NCBI GenBank assembly: GCA_965200095.1
Contig: OZ241350.1
Location: forward strand, 694,853 to 758,852
Direction of reading: 5' to 3'
Source: Alphaproteobacteria bacterium
GTDB taxonomy: Bacteria; Pseudomonadota; Alphaproteobacteria; UBA7887
DNA length: 64,000 bases
Shown here in pieces: positions 50,071 to 63,371 of the stretch. The notes under the pieces were generated by a model that was given only the letters and a program-made list of their open reading frames with translations, ran no database searches and was not told the origin of the DNA. Made by a program: the position numbers and the translations under genes. Numbering within the stretch: position 1 is the stretch's first letter; the number at the start of each line of letters is the position of its first letter.

Positions 50071-52374
50071 TCAGTCCGAAATATTTCTACAACGCTGTAT
50101 AACGGCATCCTCGTTTGCACTTGGAGCCATCAAAATTCGTCCAACCCTCTTCTTATGACTGCGACATGGCCGCCATATGGTGTTTCTTCTCGACTTATCT
50201 GGAAGCACAAAACCTTCCGACTGAAGAGACTGCAACACACGAGGAACCAGCCGTCGCGCGCGACTGTCCAATCCTCTATACAAGGCATTCTCCCTGCGCC
50301 CCGACCCGGTTTGCATGTATAGCTTTCTCAATATGGTTAGGCACACCCGAATCCCCAAAGGAAGATCAAGCGCTAGCATCTGAGATATAGTATCCGTCGC
50401 TTTATTGAATTTGCCGATTTCGCATTTGGCGTCAAATTTCTCGGCAGGAAGATCCAATCTGGATACGGGACCTTCCATTTCATCGATCATGCATTCTTCA
50501 AAAGATGGCATTCTAGCGATATCGACATCCGACTCAATCTCCACACGGGAGAAAAAACAGTCGGCATACCGCAATTTTGACAAATTAGACCTAGAATCTC
50601 CAAATTCAAGATCAGCTATGAAAAGGCCGCTCAGTTTTATATCTTTCTGGATGCTGCAATCATTCTCCAGCATCAACCTTGCTATATCTGACGCCATGTA
50701 ATTGGCGCCACACTTATACGCCTCCGCAAGTGCTGTATTAATCTTACCCTCTCCAAAACCTTCGGCCTTCACCTTACGAGAGGCCACACCGATACCAAGA
50801 GGGCCCATTGAACTCTCGATATCCTCCAAAACGGACAGCGGGAAATTGAATGGATCATGTATAAACGTCAGAAGATCTCCGGATCTACACGCATCGGCAA
50901 AAGACTCATCAATGAAAGTCCGAGAATTTTCCTCCTCGCGATCAACACCAAGACCCGGGAGGCGCTGAAGGAGAACTAAGCCTCGCTCGTCCGGACTGTA
51001 TCCGCAGACACTCTTAAACGCCTGAATCACCGAATCCTGACTAATCGATCCAAGTCCCATGTGCGAGGATCGGGCTTTTGTTGCTAGGCGTTCAAGAATT
51101 TTCCTCACCGTGCTTCCATCAATTCCTGCCTCGATCTCCGCCTCGCGATCTGCAATGCTATCCAATAGAGTATCCCAGCCATCTTCTGGACTCTTGGGGC
51201 TATCCGTAGATTCTTTATCAAGAAAAACATTCAAAAACCCTTTAGCGGCTAAGTATCCCACAAGCAACGGCCTAGTGGGAAGCCAAGACGGAACCGATCC
51301 GACAAGTCCCACACGCCTTAGGTATGTGCCAATTTGATCATCGGTAAATTCAGTGAGAGATAGTTCGATAGACTCCTGTGAGAGGCCAAGAGACTCGTGT
51401 CTCTCGCCGGAATTATCAAAAAAATGAGCTCGCCCCGCAATTAATAATCCGGATCCTTTGGGATGCTCGCGAACTAGACGTCGAACTGCTTCCATCGCCC
51501 GATAGCGATTGTCTCGAAGATTATGCCATGATCCCTGAATGGGGATCGTAGAAATCTCATCAAAACCATCTATCAACAGGTGAACATATCCAGCCCGCCA
51601 TGCTCGGACGAGATGAGATGGCTGATCAAAGCCAATCGATGTCGCATGTCTTATAATAACTTCTGCACTGTCCCGCTGTCCGTAATGATCTCGAAGGTTG
51701 AGATAGACGGGGAATTTATGCGTCATACCTCTCAAATGATCTTCCTTAAATCTGTAGTACATTTCCCGAAGTGTCATGCTCTTGCCAGCACCATAATCCC
51801 CCAAGAGAACCACGGTTTTCCCCTCAGAGATCGCGGATCGGAGTTTGCTTCGGGGGAATGCTTCCTTAGACTTTATGTCCAACAAATCAATCGGAACGTA
51901 TTTGATATCTGCGCCATTTACGCTGTGCTTTCCGGTCGCCGGATCACGAACACTGCCAAAGGAGTATGCGTCTCTTGTGCTGAGATAGCCTCTTGAATTT
52001 ATGAGCCGCGATTGAAATTGCGAGAACGATAATGTATTTATATCTTGGCGATATTTTTCCGCGACTTTGCGCTGATCGGCGGTGGGTTCGTCAAGTGTGA
52101 TAAACCACCCTTTGACCGCACGGTCACTACTTTTCCTCCGACGGCGCTGCACCAATTTGGATATCTTCGATATGTCATGTAGCGCCTTATCTTTTTTTCG
52201 AGATGTCGTTGCTTCAACTATATGAATGCAATCTTCCGTTTCGAATATACCGTCCGTTTCTCGCCCATCCACCATCGCGGCACCAAAAAATTCAGCGCTT
52301 GGCCATAGTGATCTAGCGATACGTCGAACCTCATGTTCGAAATTTTCGCCCTCATATCCGATTCCGTTTGCCAT
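50071..52374 (-). CDS. NACHT-family STAND NTPase with N-terminal PD-(D/E)xK-like nuclease domain (bacterial NLR-like, candidate antiphage protein)
   Basis: Low-GC gene. N-terminal TDGIFETEDCIHIVEATTSRKKDK (D...ExK). Walker A TVVLLGDYGAGKSMTL. NACHT Walker B signature VHLLIDGFDE. Long C-terminal helical/repeat region. ATG 52374 has an AGAGGG SD; alternative start at 52518. Confidence 0.7.
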   Translation of the reverse strand: MANGIGYEGENFEHEVRRIARSLWPSAEFFGAAMVDGRETDGIFETEDCIHIVEATTSRKKDKALHDISKISKLVQRRRRKSSDRAVKGWFITLDEPTADQRKVAEKYRQDINTLSFSQFQSRLINSRGYLSTRDAYSFGSVRDPATGKHSVNGADIKYVPIDLLDIKSKEAFPRSKLRSAISEGKTVVLLGDYGAGKSMTLREMYYRFKEDHLRGMTHKFPVYLNLRDHYGQRDSAEVIIRHATSIGFDQPSHLVRAWRAGYVHLLIDGFDEISTIPIQGSWHNLRDNRYRAMEAVRRLVREHPKGSGLLIAGRAHFFDNSGERHESLGLSQESIELSLTEFTDDQIGTYLRRVGLVGSVPSWLPTRPLLVGYLAAKGFLNVFLDKESTDSPKSPEDGWDTLLDSIADREAEIEAGIDGSTVRKILERLATKARSSHMGLGSISQDSVIQAFKSVCGYSPDERGLVLLQRLPGLGVDREEENSRTFIDESFADACRSGDLLTFIHDPFNFPLSVLEDIESSMGPLGIGVASRKVKAEGFGEGKINTALAEAYKCGANYMASDIARLMLENDCSIQKDIKLSGLFIADLEFGDSRSNLSKLRYADCFFSRVEIESDVDIARMPSFEECMIDEMEGPVSRLDLPAEKFDAKCEIGKFNKATDTISQMLALDLPLGIRVCLTILRKLYMQTGSGRRENALYRGLDSRARRLVPRVLQSLQSEGFVLPDKSRRNTIWRPCRSHKKRVGRILMAPSANEDAVIQRCRNISD

Positions 52375-52582
52375 TTTGCCCTCTACATTCGCAACATGAT
52401 GCGGGCGCAGTGCCACTCCGGCATGCGCCGTGATGGTAGAGAGGCTTTTGCGTGCCGCATTTCGGATGTACGCATGCCAATCTGGGGCTGTCTCGGTTGA
52501 TATCAGGCATTGGAGCACATCCTCGCATCTTGGTCAACCCTCTTTCGCGCGTGCGCCCGGAATTCAGGGCTGCGACCATGCG

Positions 52583-53539
52583 CTATCGCCGCGCCGTCGG
52601 CAACTCCGCGAGCGCAGCCGCCACGTCGGGCACGTTAAGGCGGGCGAGCGGCGAACGGCGGAGGACGCGGACGGCAGGGCCGCGGGGCGCGCTGAGGGCA
52701 GGGTTGGAAGCCGCGCCGAACAACGCAACCGTCGGGCAGCCGCAGACGGCGATGATGTGTGTCGGGCCCGTGTCGTTGCCGACTGCGCAGTGCGCGCTGC
52801 GGGCGAGAGCCGCAACCTGACCGAGGGACGTGCGGCCGCACAGGTCGATCGCCTCCGGAGCGGCGGCGGCGATTCGCGCGAGCGCGCGGCCCTCCGGCGC
52901 GGCGCCGATCAGGACAGGCGAAGTCCCCTCACGGGCGAGCGCCCGCGCCAGCGCGGCATAGTGCTCAGCTGGCCAGCGCTTCGCCGGATGGCGCCGAGAA
53001 CAGCCGGGAATCAGAAGCGCGAAACGCTCGGGCAGACGGAAATGGGAGGTCTCGCCGTCAAGCCACGAAAGACCCGGCGGCGGTGTTTCCGGGATTCCCG
53101 CCATGGCGAGCTGCTCGGCCTGGCGGTCGAGGGTGTGCATGGAGTTACGGCCCGGGTTGGCGTGAGGATGCGAGCAGCCGGCGGCGATGCCCGACCATTC
53201 GGGCGTGCGACCCGGCGGAAACAGGCGGAAATACCGCGCGGAGCGGCGCGAGGTCTGGAGATCGTACACGCGGTCGAATCCCCCCCCCCCCCCCCCCCCC
53301 GCGAGGCGTCGGCGCAGCGCGCGCCAGGCGAAGACCCGCCAGCGCCCCGGACGGTCGTCGATCCACACATCGTCGAACCAGCCGCAGCGCCGCCCCAGAG
53401 CTGCGAACAGCGGCCCGGTCAACAGCACGATATGCGCCGCCGGATGGTGCGCGCGGATGGCGGCGAAAGGCCCGGTCGCCTGCACCCAATCGCCGAGCGC
53501 GCCCAGTTTGATGACGAGAATGCGCTCGGCGGTCTTCAT
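52583..53539 (-). CDS. ADP-heptose:LPS heptosyltransferase (GT9, RfaC/RfaF family)
   Basis: N-terminus MKTAERILVIKLGALGD and C-terminus AVGNDTGPTHIIAVCGCPTVALFG are GT9 hallmarks. Confidence 0.8.
   Translation of the reverse strand: MKTAERILVIKLGALGDWVQATGPFAAIRAHHPAAHIVLLTGPLFAALGRRCGWFDDVWIDDRPGRWRVFAWRALRRRLAGGGGGGGFDRVYDLQTSRRSARYFRLFPPGRTPEWSGIAAGCSHPHANPGRNSMHTLDRQAEQLAMAGIPETPPPGLSWLDGETSHFRLPERFALLIPGCSRRHPAKRWPAEHYAALARALAREGTSPVLIGAAPEGRALARIAAAAPEAIDLCGRTSLGQVAALARSAHCAVGNDTGPTHIIAVCGCPTVALFGAASNPALSAPRGPAVRVLRRSPLARLNVPDVAAALAELPTARR
53280..53300. repeat. C21 (G21 on coding strand) homopolymeric tract inside the heptosyltransferase CDS, encoding Gly7
   Basis: Counted directly: gaatc + 21 c + gcgagg; in frame (RRLAGGGGGGGFDRV). 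Confidence 0.9.
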
Positions 53540-53556
53540 CGCAGGGCGGGAGCGCA

Positions 53557-54876
53557 TCAGAGCGGGAGGGTCATGCGGGCGCGGAGGCCGCCGAAGGGGG
53601 AAGCGGCGAGCTGGATGTCGCCGCCATGGTTGCGCACCGCGTCGCGGGCGATGGAAAGGCCGAGGCCGACGCCGCCGGTGTCGGGGTTGCGCGCCGCGTC
53701 GAGACGGAAAAAGGGCTTGAAAACCTCCTCGCGGCTCGCTTCGGGGACCCCCGGGCCGTCGTCGTCGAGGGTGAGCGCCAGCGCGCCGCCCTCGCGCGCG
53801 ACGGTCAGCTGCGCCCGGCGCCCGTAGCGCAGCGCGTTGTCGATGAGGTTGACGAGCGCGCGCTTGACGGCGCCGGCGCGCAGGGTCGGACGCAGGCCGG
53901 GCGCGCGGTTGACGAGCGCCAGCGCCGCGCCGCGCCGGCGCGCGCCGGCCAGCGCCGAGTCGATCAGCGCGTCCAGATCGGTCTCCGCCGCGGTCTCGCC
54001 GCCCTCGCCGCGGGCGAAGGCCAGATAGCCCTCGATCATGCGCTCCATGTCGCCGACATCGGCCCGCAGCTCGCGCGCCGCCTCTTCGTCCGCGATCATT
54101 TCGATCTGCAACTTCATGCGGGTCAGCGGCGTTCGCAGGTCGTGGCTCACGCCGGCGAGCATTTCCGTGCGCTGCGAAATGTGCCGCTGGATGCGTTCGC
54201 GCATTTGCAGGAAGGCGCGCGCCGCCTGCCGCGCCTCGCGCGCGCCGCGCGGCTTGAAGTCCGCCGCCGGGATGCCCTTGCCGAAACTCTCCGCCGCGCG
54301 CGCCAGACCGATGATCGGCGCGACCTGCCCGCGCAGGAAATAGACCGCCGCCGCCAGCAGCACCAGCGATGTCCCCGCCATCCAGCCGATGAACACGTAA
54401 ACCGTCGAGCTGAACAGGCGCTTGCGCGGCGTCGCCGCCTCCAAAACGCCCGACGGCAATTCGACGGAAATGAACACCGTGCCCGGTTCGCGGCGCGTGT
54501 CGAAACGGACGGGGCGGTGGATAAGTTCCGGCAGCACCCGCGCCAGGGTCCAGTCGACGGGGCCGAAATGCGGGTGTGCCGGCGGTCCGTCCGCCAGCCG
54601 CGCGCCCGGACGGAAGACGGCGTCGATTTTGAGGCTCCGCCGCGCCCGGTCGATCAGCCAGAGCGGGTCCACCGCGGCGCCCCGCGCCGCCACGGCGTCG
54701 GCCAGCACCGCGATGTCGCCGGCGACCGACTGCGCGAGCCGGCGACCCACATCCTCCCAGAGGCGGTCGTAGAAGACGAAGGCGGACACCGCCTGCACGA
54801 CCGCCAGCGGGACCACGACGATGAGCAGCGACCGCCCGAACAGTCCGCGCGGCAGGAAGGCGCGCGGACCTTTCAC
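53557..54876 (-). CDS. sensor histidine kinase (EnvZ/PhoQ-type, two TM helices)
   Basis: GTG start with GGGGAGG SD. H-box GVSHDLRTPL; N, G1, G2 boxes (DDGPGVP, GGVGLGLSI). Confidence 0.85.
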   Translation of the reverse strand: MKGPRAFLPRGLFGRSLLIVVVPLAVVQAVSAFVFYDRLWEDVGRRLAQSVAGDIAVLADAVAARGAAVDPLWLIDRARRSLKIDAVFRPGARLADGPPAHPHFGPVDWTLARVLPELIHRPVRFDTRREPGTVFISVELPSGVLEAATPRKRLFSSTVYVFIGWMAGTSLVLLAAAVYFLRGQVAPIIGLARAAESFGKGIPAADFKPRGAREARQAARAFLQMRERIQRHISQRTEMLAGVSHDLRTPLTRMKLQIEMIADEEAARELRADVGDMERMIEGYLAFARGEGGETAAETDLDALIDSALAGARRRGAALALVNRAPGLRPTLRAGAVKRALVNLIDNALRYGRRAQLTVAREGGALALTLDDDGPGVPEASREEVFKPFFRLDAARNPDTGGVGLGLSIARDAVRNHGGDIQLAASPFGGLRARMTLPL

Positions 54877-54915
54877 CGCTCGCCTCCCCGCGCCCGCCGG
54901 CGGCGGTCGCCGCGG

Positions 54916-55629
54916 TCACTGCGCGGCGCGCAGGACATATCCGGTGCCGCGCACCGTGGCGATGCAGCCCGGCGCGCGCGGGTCGGGTTCGATTTTGCGC
55001 CGCAGGCGGGCGACGCCGACATCGATCGAACGCTCGGCGACGCCGGTCTCGGCGCTCAGGGCGGCGCGCGTCACCGCTTCTCCCGCCCGTGCGGCGAGGG
55101 CGCGCAACAATCCCGTCTCGGTGACGCCGAGCGCCACCTCGGCGCCGTCGCGCGTCAGGCGCCCGCTAGCCGGGTCGAAGACGAAGGCGCCGAACCGCAC
55201 GCGCCGCCCCGGCCGGTCGCGGCCCGAGCGTCGCAGGATGGCGCGCAGCCGCAACGCCAGTTCGCGCGGCTCGAAGGGCTTGGCGAGATAGTCGTCGACG
55301 CCGCTTTCCAGTCCGGCGACGCGCTCGTCGGGCGCGTCCATCGCGCTCAGCATGAGGATCGGCAGGTCGCCGTCGCGGCGCAGCGAGCGGGCGAAGCGCG
55401 TGCCCGTCTCCCCCGGCATCATCACGTCGAGGACCATGACATCGAAGGCGAGGCTTGCGAGCCGGGCGCGCGCATCGGCGGCCGAGGACGCGGTCGCCAC
55501 CAGGAAGCCGTTGTCGCCGAGATAGCGGCTCAGCAGCCGCCGCAGCCTCGCGTCGTCGTCGACGACGAGGACGTGCGGGCGCGCCTCGGGGGGAAGCGCC
55601 CCGGGCGGCGCGGTTGCGGGCGCCGCCAC
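54916..55629 (-). CDS. OmpR-family response regulator
   Basis: Receiver (VLVVDDD...LDVMMPGETG) plus a winged-helix C-terminus (...IATVRGTGYVL). Start inferred as GTG 55629; uncertain. Confidence 0.75.
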   Translation of the reverse strand: MAAPATAPPGALPPEARPHVLVVDDDARLRRLLSRYLGDNGFLVATASSAADARARLASLAFDVMVLDVMMPGETGTRFARSLRRDGDLPILMLSAMDAPDERVAGLESGVDDYLAKPFEPRELALRLRAILRRSGRDRPGRRVRFGAFVFDPASGRLTRDGAEVALGVTETGLLRALAARAGEAVTRAALSAETGVAERSIDVGVARLRRKIEPDPRAPGCIATVRGTGYVLRAAQ

Positions 55630-55637
55630 GGCGCGGC

Positions 55638-56129
55638 TCAGGCCGCCCGCCGCGCGGCGAAGCGGGCGCGGTCCTCGTCGGCGATCAGCCCGAGCAGGAC
55701 GCCGGCGAACCCCTCGACCGCCTGGCCGCCGGCGGCGCGGTAGGCGCGGGCGAGGCGCCGGCGCAGAACCAGCGACAGCCGGCGCTCGAGTTCGCGCCCC
55801 TTGTCGGTGAGGGTCAGCAGGCGCTGGCGCCGATCCGCCGACCCGCGCGCCTGGACGATATGGCCCGTGCGCACGAGCGTCGCCACCGCGCGGCCCAGAC
55901 TCTGCTTGGTGATCTTGAGGATGCCGAGCAGCCGGGCGATGGAGACGCCCGGGTTGCGGGCGACGAACCACAGCACCCGGTGATGGGCGCGGCCGAGGCC
56001 GAGGGGGCCGAGAACGCCGTCGCACTCGGCGATGAAGTCGCGGCCGGCGAAGAACAGCAACTCCATGCCGCGGTCGAGCTCGCGGTCGCGCAGGAACAGC
56101 GGGCTGGCGGGGGATTTCACGTCGCTCAT
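55638..56129 (-). CDS. MarR-family transcriptional regulator
   Basis: 163 aa; winged HTH HHRVLWFVARNPGVSIARLLGILKITKQSLGRAVATLVRTGHI. Confidence 0.8.
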   Translation of the reverse strand: MSDVKSPASPLFLRDRELDRGMELLFFAGRDFIAECDGVLGPLGLGRAHHRVLWFVARNPGVSIARLLGILKITKQSLGRAVATLVRTGHIVQARGSADRRQRLLTLTDKGRELERRLSLVLRRRLARAYRAAGGQAVEGFAGVLLGLIADEDRARFAARRAA

Positions 56130-56213
56130 GGCGGCGAGTAAAGCGCCGCGGCGCTGGCCAGCGCAAGCCCCCTCTGCTAGCCTGCGCCGCCGCGGCGGGA
56201 GAAAGGGATCTTT

Positions 56214-57096
56214 ATGCTCGACTTCGAAAATCGCGACGGCTGGATCTGGATGGACGGCGCTTTCACGCCCTGGCGCGACGCGAAACTGCACGTGCTGACC
56301 CACGGCCTTCACTACGCCTCCAGCGTCTTCGAGGGCGAGCGCGTCTACAGCGGCGCGATCTTCCGTCTCACCGAGCACACCGAGCGTCTGTTCGAATCGG
56401 CGCGCCAGCTCGGTTTCGCGATCCCCTGGACCGTCGCGGAGATCGACGCCGCCTGCCGGGAAGTCTGCCGCCGCAACGGCATCGAGGACGGCTATGTGCG
56501 CCCCGTCGCCTGGCGCGGCACCGAGATGATGGGGGTCTCGGCGCAGAAGAACGCCATCCACGTAGCGATCGCCGCCTGGCAATGGCCCTCCTATTTCGAC
56601 CCCGACGCGCGGTCGAAGGGGATTTCCCTCGCCTGGTCGAAATGGCGCCGGCCCGACCCGGCGACCATCCCCGCCAAAGCCAAGGCCGCCGGCCTCTACA
56701 TGATCTGCACGCTCGCCAAACACGACGCCGAGGCCGAAGGCTGTCACGACGCGCTCATGCTCGACTGGCGGGGCCGCCTCGCCGAGGCCACCGGCGCCAA
56801 TATCTTCCTCGCCATCGACGGCAAGCTGCATACCCCCGTCCCCGACTGTTTCCTCGACGGCATCACCCGGCGCTGCGTCATCGGTCTGGCGGAGAAGCGC
56901 GGCATCGAGGTGATCGAGCGGGTCATCATGCCCTCGGAACTCGAGCGCGCCGACGAAGTGTTCCTCACCGGCACAGCGGCGGAGGTCACGCCCGTGGGGC
57001 GGATCGGCGACCTGCATTTCCAGCCGGGAACCCTCTGTCGCCGGATGATCGAAGACTTCACGGCGCTGACGCAAGCCGAGAGCGCGGGGCCGGCGC

Positions 57097-57116
<20 letters not shown>
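56214..57116 (+). CDS. ilvE: branched-chain amino acid aminotransferase (class IV)
   Basis: 300 aa; N-terminus [43 protein letters not shown] is typical of IlvE. Confidence 0.9.
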
Positions 57117-59775
<2,659 letters not shown>

Positions 59776-59833
59776 GGCGCGCCGGGGGCCGGAAACCGGG
59801 CGCCCGAACCGGCGTATCTTCAACGCTCGGCGA

Positions 59834-60682
59834 CCAGGCTCAGTACCCATAAAGGGGGTTGCGTTGGGTTGGGGTATGTGGTGTGCTGCCACCAGATACA
59901 GGGGGTGCACCATGTCCGACCACCAAGTCTGGCTCTCCGAGGCTCAATTCGACCGCATCCGGCCGCTGCTGCCCAACAAGGTCCGCGGCGTGCCCCGGGT
60001 CGATGACCGGCGCGTCATCTCCGGCATCATCCACGTGATCCGATACGGCCTCATCCGGCGTCACGCGCCCTCCGAATACGGTCCCCACAAGACCCTCTAC
60101 AACCGCTTCGTGCGGTGGAGCGAGGCCGGCGTCTTCAACCGCATCTTCGCGGCCCTGGCGGCGGAGGGCCGGGCGACGGGGACAGCGATAATCGACGCCA
60201 CCCATCTGAAGGCGCACCGCACCGCAGCCAGTCTGCTAAAAAAGGGGCTCTTTCGCGCTGTATCGGACGCACCCGGGGCGGCCTCAACTCGAAACTGCAC
60301 GCGGTCTGCGACGGCGACGGCAAGCCCCCGATCATGCTGTTGACCGAAGGGCAGGTCAGCGACCATCGCGGAGCCGCGATGATGTTCAATGTCTTGCCGC
60401 CGGACGCCGATGTCCCGATTGGCGACAAGGGCTACGACAGCGACCGCTTCCGCGAAGCCCTGGAGGGACGGGGAATCGCCCCCTGCATCCCCGGGCGGGC
60501 GCACCGCAAGAAGCCGGTCGCCTGCGACGCCGGGCTCTACAGGCAACGCAACCTCGTCGAGCGCATGTTCGGTCGGCTCAAGGACTGGCGACGCATTGCC
60601 ACGCGATACGACCGCTGCGCGCACACCTTCTTCAGCGCCATCTGCATCGCCGCAACCGTCATATTCCGGTTATGAGTCCTGG
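59834..60682 (+). mobile_element. IS5-family IS, copy 3
   Basis: Near-identical to copy 2. A 23-bp flank (tcgccgagcgttgaagatacgcc) is also shared with copy 2, in inverted orientation. Confidence 0.85.
59912..60675 (+). CDS. IS5-family transposase OrfAB (frameshifted)
   Basis: OrfA identical to copy 2; OrfB differs by one residue (A to V). Confidence 0.8.
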
Positions 60683-60683
60683 G

Positions 60684-61867
60684 CTAGTGTCCTGCCTCTA
60701 AAGTTCGTGGCATAGGGTATGCTCGACGCGATGGCAGAAGCGCTTGACGGATGCGAGGATGTCGTCGGCGGATTTCGTCCACCTGAAGGGTTTGGGGTTC
60801 CGGTTGTGCTTGTCGATAAAAGAGCGGATATCCGCTTCAAGCTGTTTCGTCGAGTTATGCGCGCCCCTTTGCAGCTGCTTGCGCGTCAGTTCGGCGAACC
60901 GGCGTTCCACCCGATTGATCCAGGACGCCGAGGTCGGCGTGAAGTGAACACGATAGCGCGGACGCCGCGCCATCCAGGATTTCACCGCTGCGGTCTTGTG
61001 GGTGGCGTAGTTGTCCATGACGATGTGAATATCGAGGTCATCGGGAACATGGGCGTCGATTTCCTTGAGGAAGGAGAGGAACTCCCGGGACCGATAACGC
61101 CTGTAGCACTTGCCGATAACGAAACCGGTGGCGATGTCGAGGGCGGCGAACAGCGAGGTCGTCCCGTTGCGCCGATAGTCGTGGGTTCGCCTCTCGGCCA
61201 TGCCCGGCGTCATGGGCAGGACGGGCCGGGTGCGGTCGAGCGCCTGTATCCGGCTCTTTTCGTCGACGCAGAGCACCGGCGCGCGATCCGGCGGCGACAG
61301 ATAGAGGCCGACAATGTCGGCGCCTTGTCCACGAACTGCGGGTCGCCGGAAAGCTTGAACGTCTCCGACCGGTGCGGTTGCAGACCGAACGCCTTCCAGA
61401 TCCGTTGCACCGACGCCGGGGAAAGCCCCACTTCCCGGGCCATCGAGCGGATCGACCAATGGGTGGCGTCGACCGGCGACGCGTCGAGCGTCCGCCGGAC
61501 AACCTCGGCCACCCGGGCGTCTTCTATGCTGCGCGGACGCCCCGAACGCGGCGCGTCCGACAACCCCTCAACGCGATCCTTCAGGAAGCGACGACGCCAC
61601 TTGCCGACCGTGTGTTCATGCACGCCGACTTCCGCAGCAACCGCCTTGTTCGTCAAACCATCGGCGCAACGCAGGACGATGCGGCAACGCTCCGCAAGCG
61701 CACGCCCAACGCGACGACCGCGAACCCGGCGCTCAAGATACGACCGCTCTTCGTCGCTCAACACCACGGACGCAACCGGCCGACCCGCACGACGCCCCAT
61801 CCCATGACCTCCACACAAGCCACATAATCACACACATTATCATGCGAACTTCAGAAGCGGGACACTA
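60684..61867 (-). mobile_element. IS630-family IS, copy B (inverted relative to copy A)
   Basis: Same IRs and the same encoded proteins as copy A. Confidence 0.85.
60698..61818 (-). CDS. IS630-family transposase (two frames)
   Basis: Identical in sequence to 16939-18059. Confidence 0.8.
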
Positions 61868-61879
61868 GGCACCGAATCG

Positions 61880-62545
61880 CGCGAACAAACAGGGATAAGA
61901 CCTCTGTATAACTCGTTTCGCCTGTGGCAGGATCGCGTTCCCAGCGTTTTGCGATGTTTCCGAACCTGCCGTCGGCGTATGACGATGCGTGACGGAATTG
62001 GGAACATCCGCCCCCTGCCTCGGTAATTCCGGCGAAAGAGCATGTGAAGAAATCGAGAGACGCTACTACTCTTCGTCATTCCCGCGAAAGCGGGAATCTG
62101 CTTGCGGCGTTTTCCGTAAGAACACCGGGCCGATATTGCGGACGGCCGCCTCCGGATTCCCGCTTTCGAGCGTGTGAAGAAATCGGACGGCCCCCACAAT
62201 GACGTCTGGAGAACCGGAGAATTGGCGTTGTGAAAGTCAACAGCCCGCCCACAATACTTCGTCATTCCCGCGAAAGCGAGAATCCGGAAGCGACCGTCCG
62301 CAATGTCGGATCGGTTTTCCTTGCGGAAACGCCGCAACAGATTCCCGCTTTCGCGGGAATGACGAAGAGTAATAGCGTCTCTCGGTTTCTTCACGCGCTC
62401 TTTTGCGGGAAAGAGAGAAGGCGGATTTTCGCAATCTCATCGGGCATCGTTATGCTCCGCCGGTGAGTTCGGGAGCGTCGCAAAACCGCGGAACCGCGAT
62501 CCTGCCGCAAGCGAAACCGGTTATGCAGAGGTCTCAGGGATACTT
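61880..62545. repeat. third cluster of REP/MITE-like hairpin repeats
   Basis: The same ttcccgcgaaagcgggaa hairpins and the tail modules cgcatcgtcatacgccgacgg...gttatgcagaggtctca also found at 22081-22180 and 42640-42740. Confidence 0.6.
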
Positions 62546-62939
62546 GCCGGAGTCGACGTTATGCGATGTTTCACAGGGCCCCTGAAACCCCGCTAAACAG
62601 GGCGCGCCGCAGGCGCCGCCTCCCATGTCCCGAATTCCCCGCGTTCCGGCGCCGAACCGGACCTTCGCGCGCATGAGAAAACGCCATTCCGGTGCGGCGC
62701 TCGCCTTCGCGGCGCGGTTTGACGAACGCGGGCGGAACGTTGTAGGAAGCGGGTAACGGCCGTTGCGAGCGGCCGCTACCCGTGCCTTGAGAAGGCGCAC
62801 GGCGACCCCGAGATGCAGTCGGAGTCACCACATGCAGCATACCGGCAAGACCGCAACACGGGGCGCGCCATGGACCGGCGCGCGCTCGCCTTCCCGGGCG
62901 CGCGGGCGCGGTTGTCGTTTGACCGCAGGGGGAACCGGA

Positions 62940-63371
62940 ATGGCGAAAGGCAAAGCGCACGCGCTGGCGGCGCTGGCGGCGCTGACGGCCGTCGGGTGCA
63001 CGGGGAGCGCGGACGACATCGCGCGGCTGCGGGGCTGCGCGGGCGGTTCGATCGGGGCGCTGGAGGCAACGCAGGCGGAATATCCGGATTTCCGGGCGGC
63101 CGACGTCGATCACGCACTTGGCTACGCGCGAGAGGTACACGGCGACGCGCGCGGCTGGCTGGCGACGTGGGTGCTTTCGGATCGCACGTGGGAGATGGAC
63201 GCCGGCAAGGGGGCAGCGTTGTGGTGCGATCTGGCGGATGCTCATGCGGACGCGCTGGCGGCGTTGCGCGCCGCGGACCGGCCGGGCGCCCGAAGCGCCG
63301 AGCGGCAGTCGCGGTTGTTGTTCCAGACGATCAACCTTCACTGCGGTTTGTGTTGGGGCGCTACGCCATGA
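62940..63371 (+). CDS. hypothetical lipoprotein
   Basis: ATG 62940: MAKGKAHALAALAALTAVGCTGS (lipobox LTAVGC). Confidence 0.4.
   Translation: MAKGKAHALAALAALTAVGCTGSADDIARLRGCAGGSIGALEATQAEYPDFRAADVDHALGYAREVHGDARGWLATWVLSDRTWEMDAGKGAALWCDLADAHADALAALRAADRPGARSAERQSRLLFQTINLHCGLCWGATP

Noticed and set aside
52583-54919. 778-aa minus-strand ORF spanning the heptosyltransferase and histidine kinase
   Set aside because: A frame that happens to stay open across the histidine kinase gene. The real genes are 52583-53539 (GT9, ATG at 53539) and 53557-54876 (histidine kinase in another frame).
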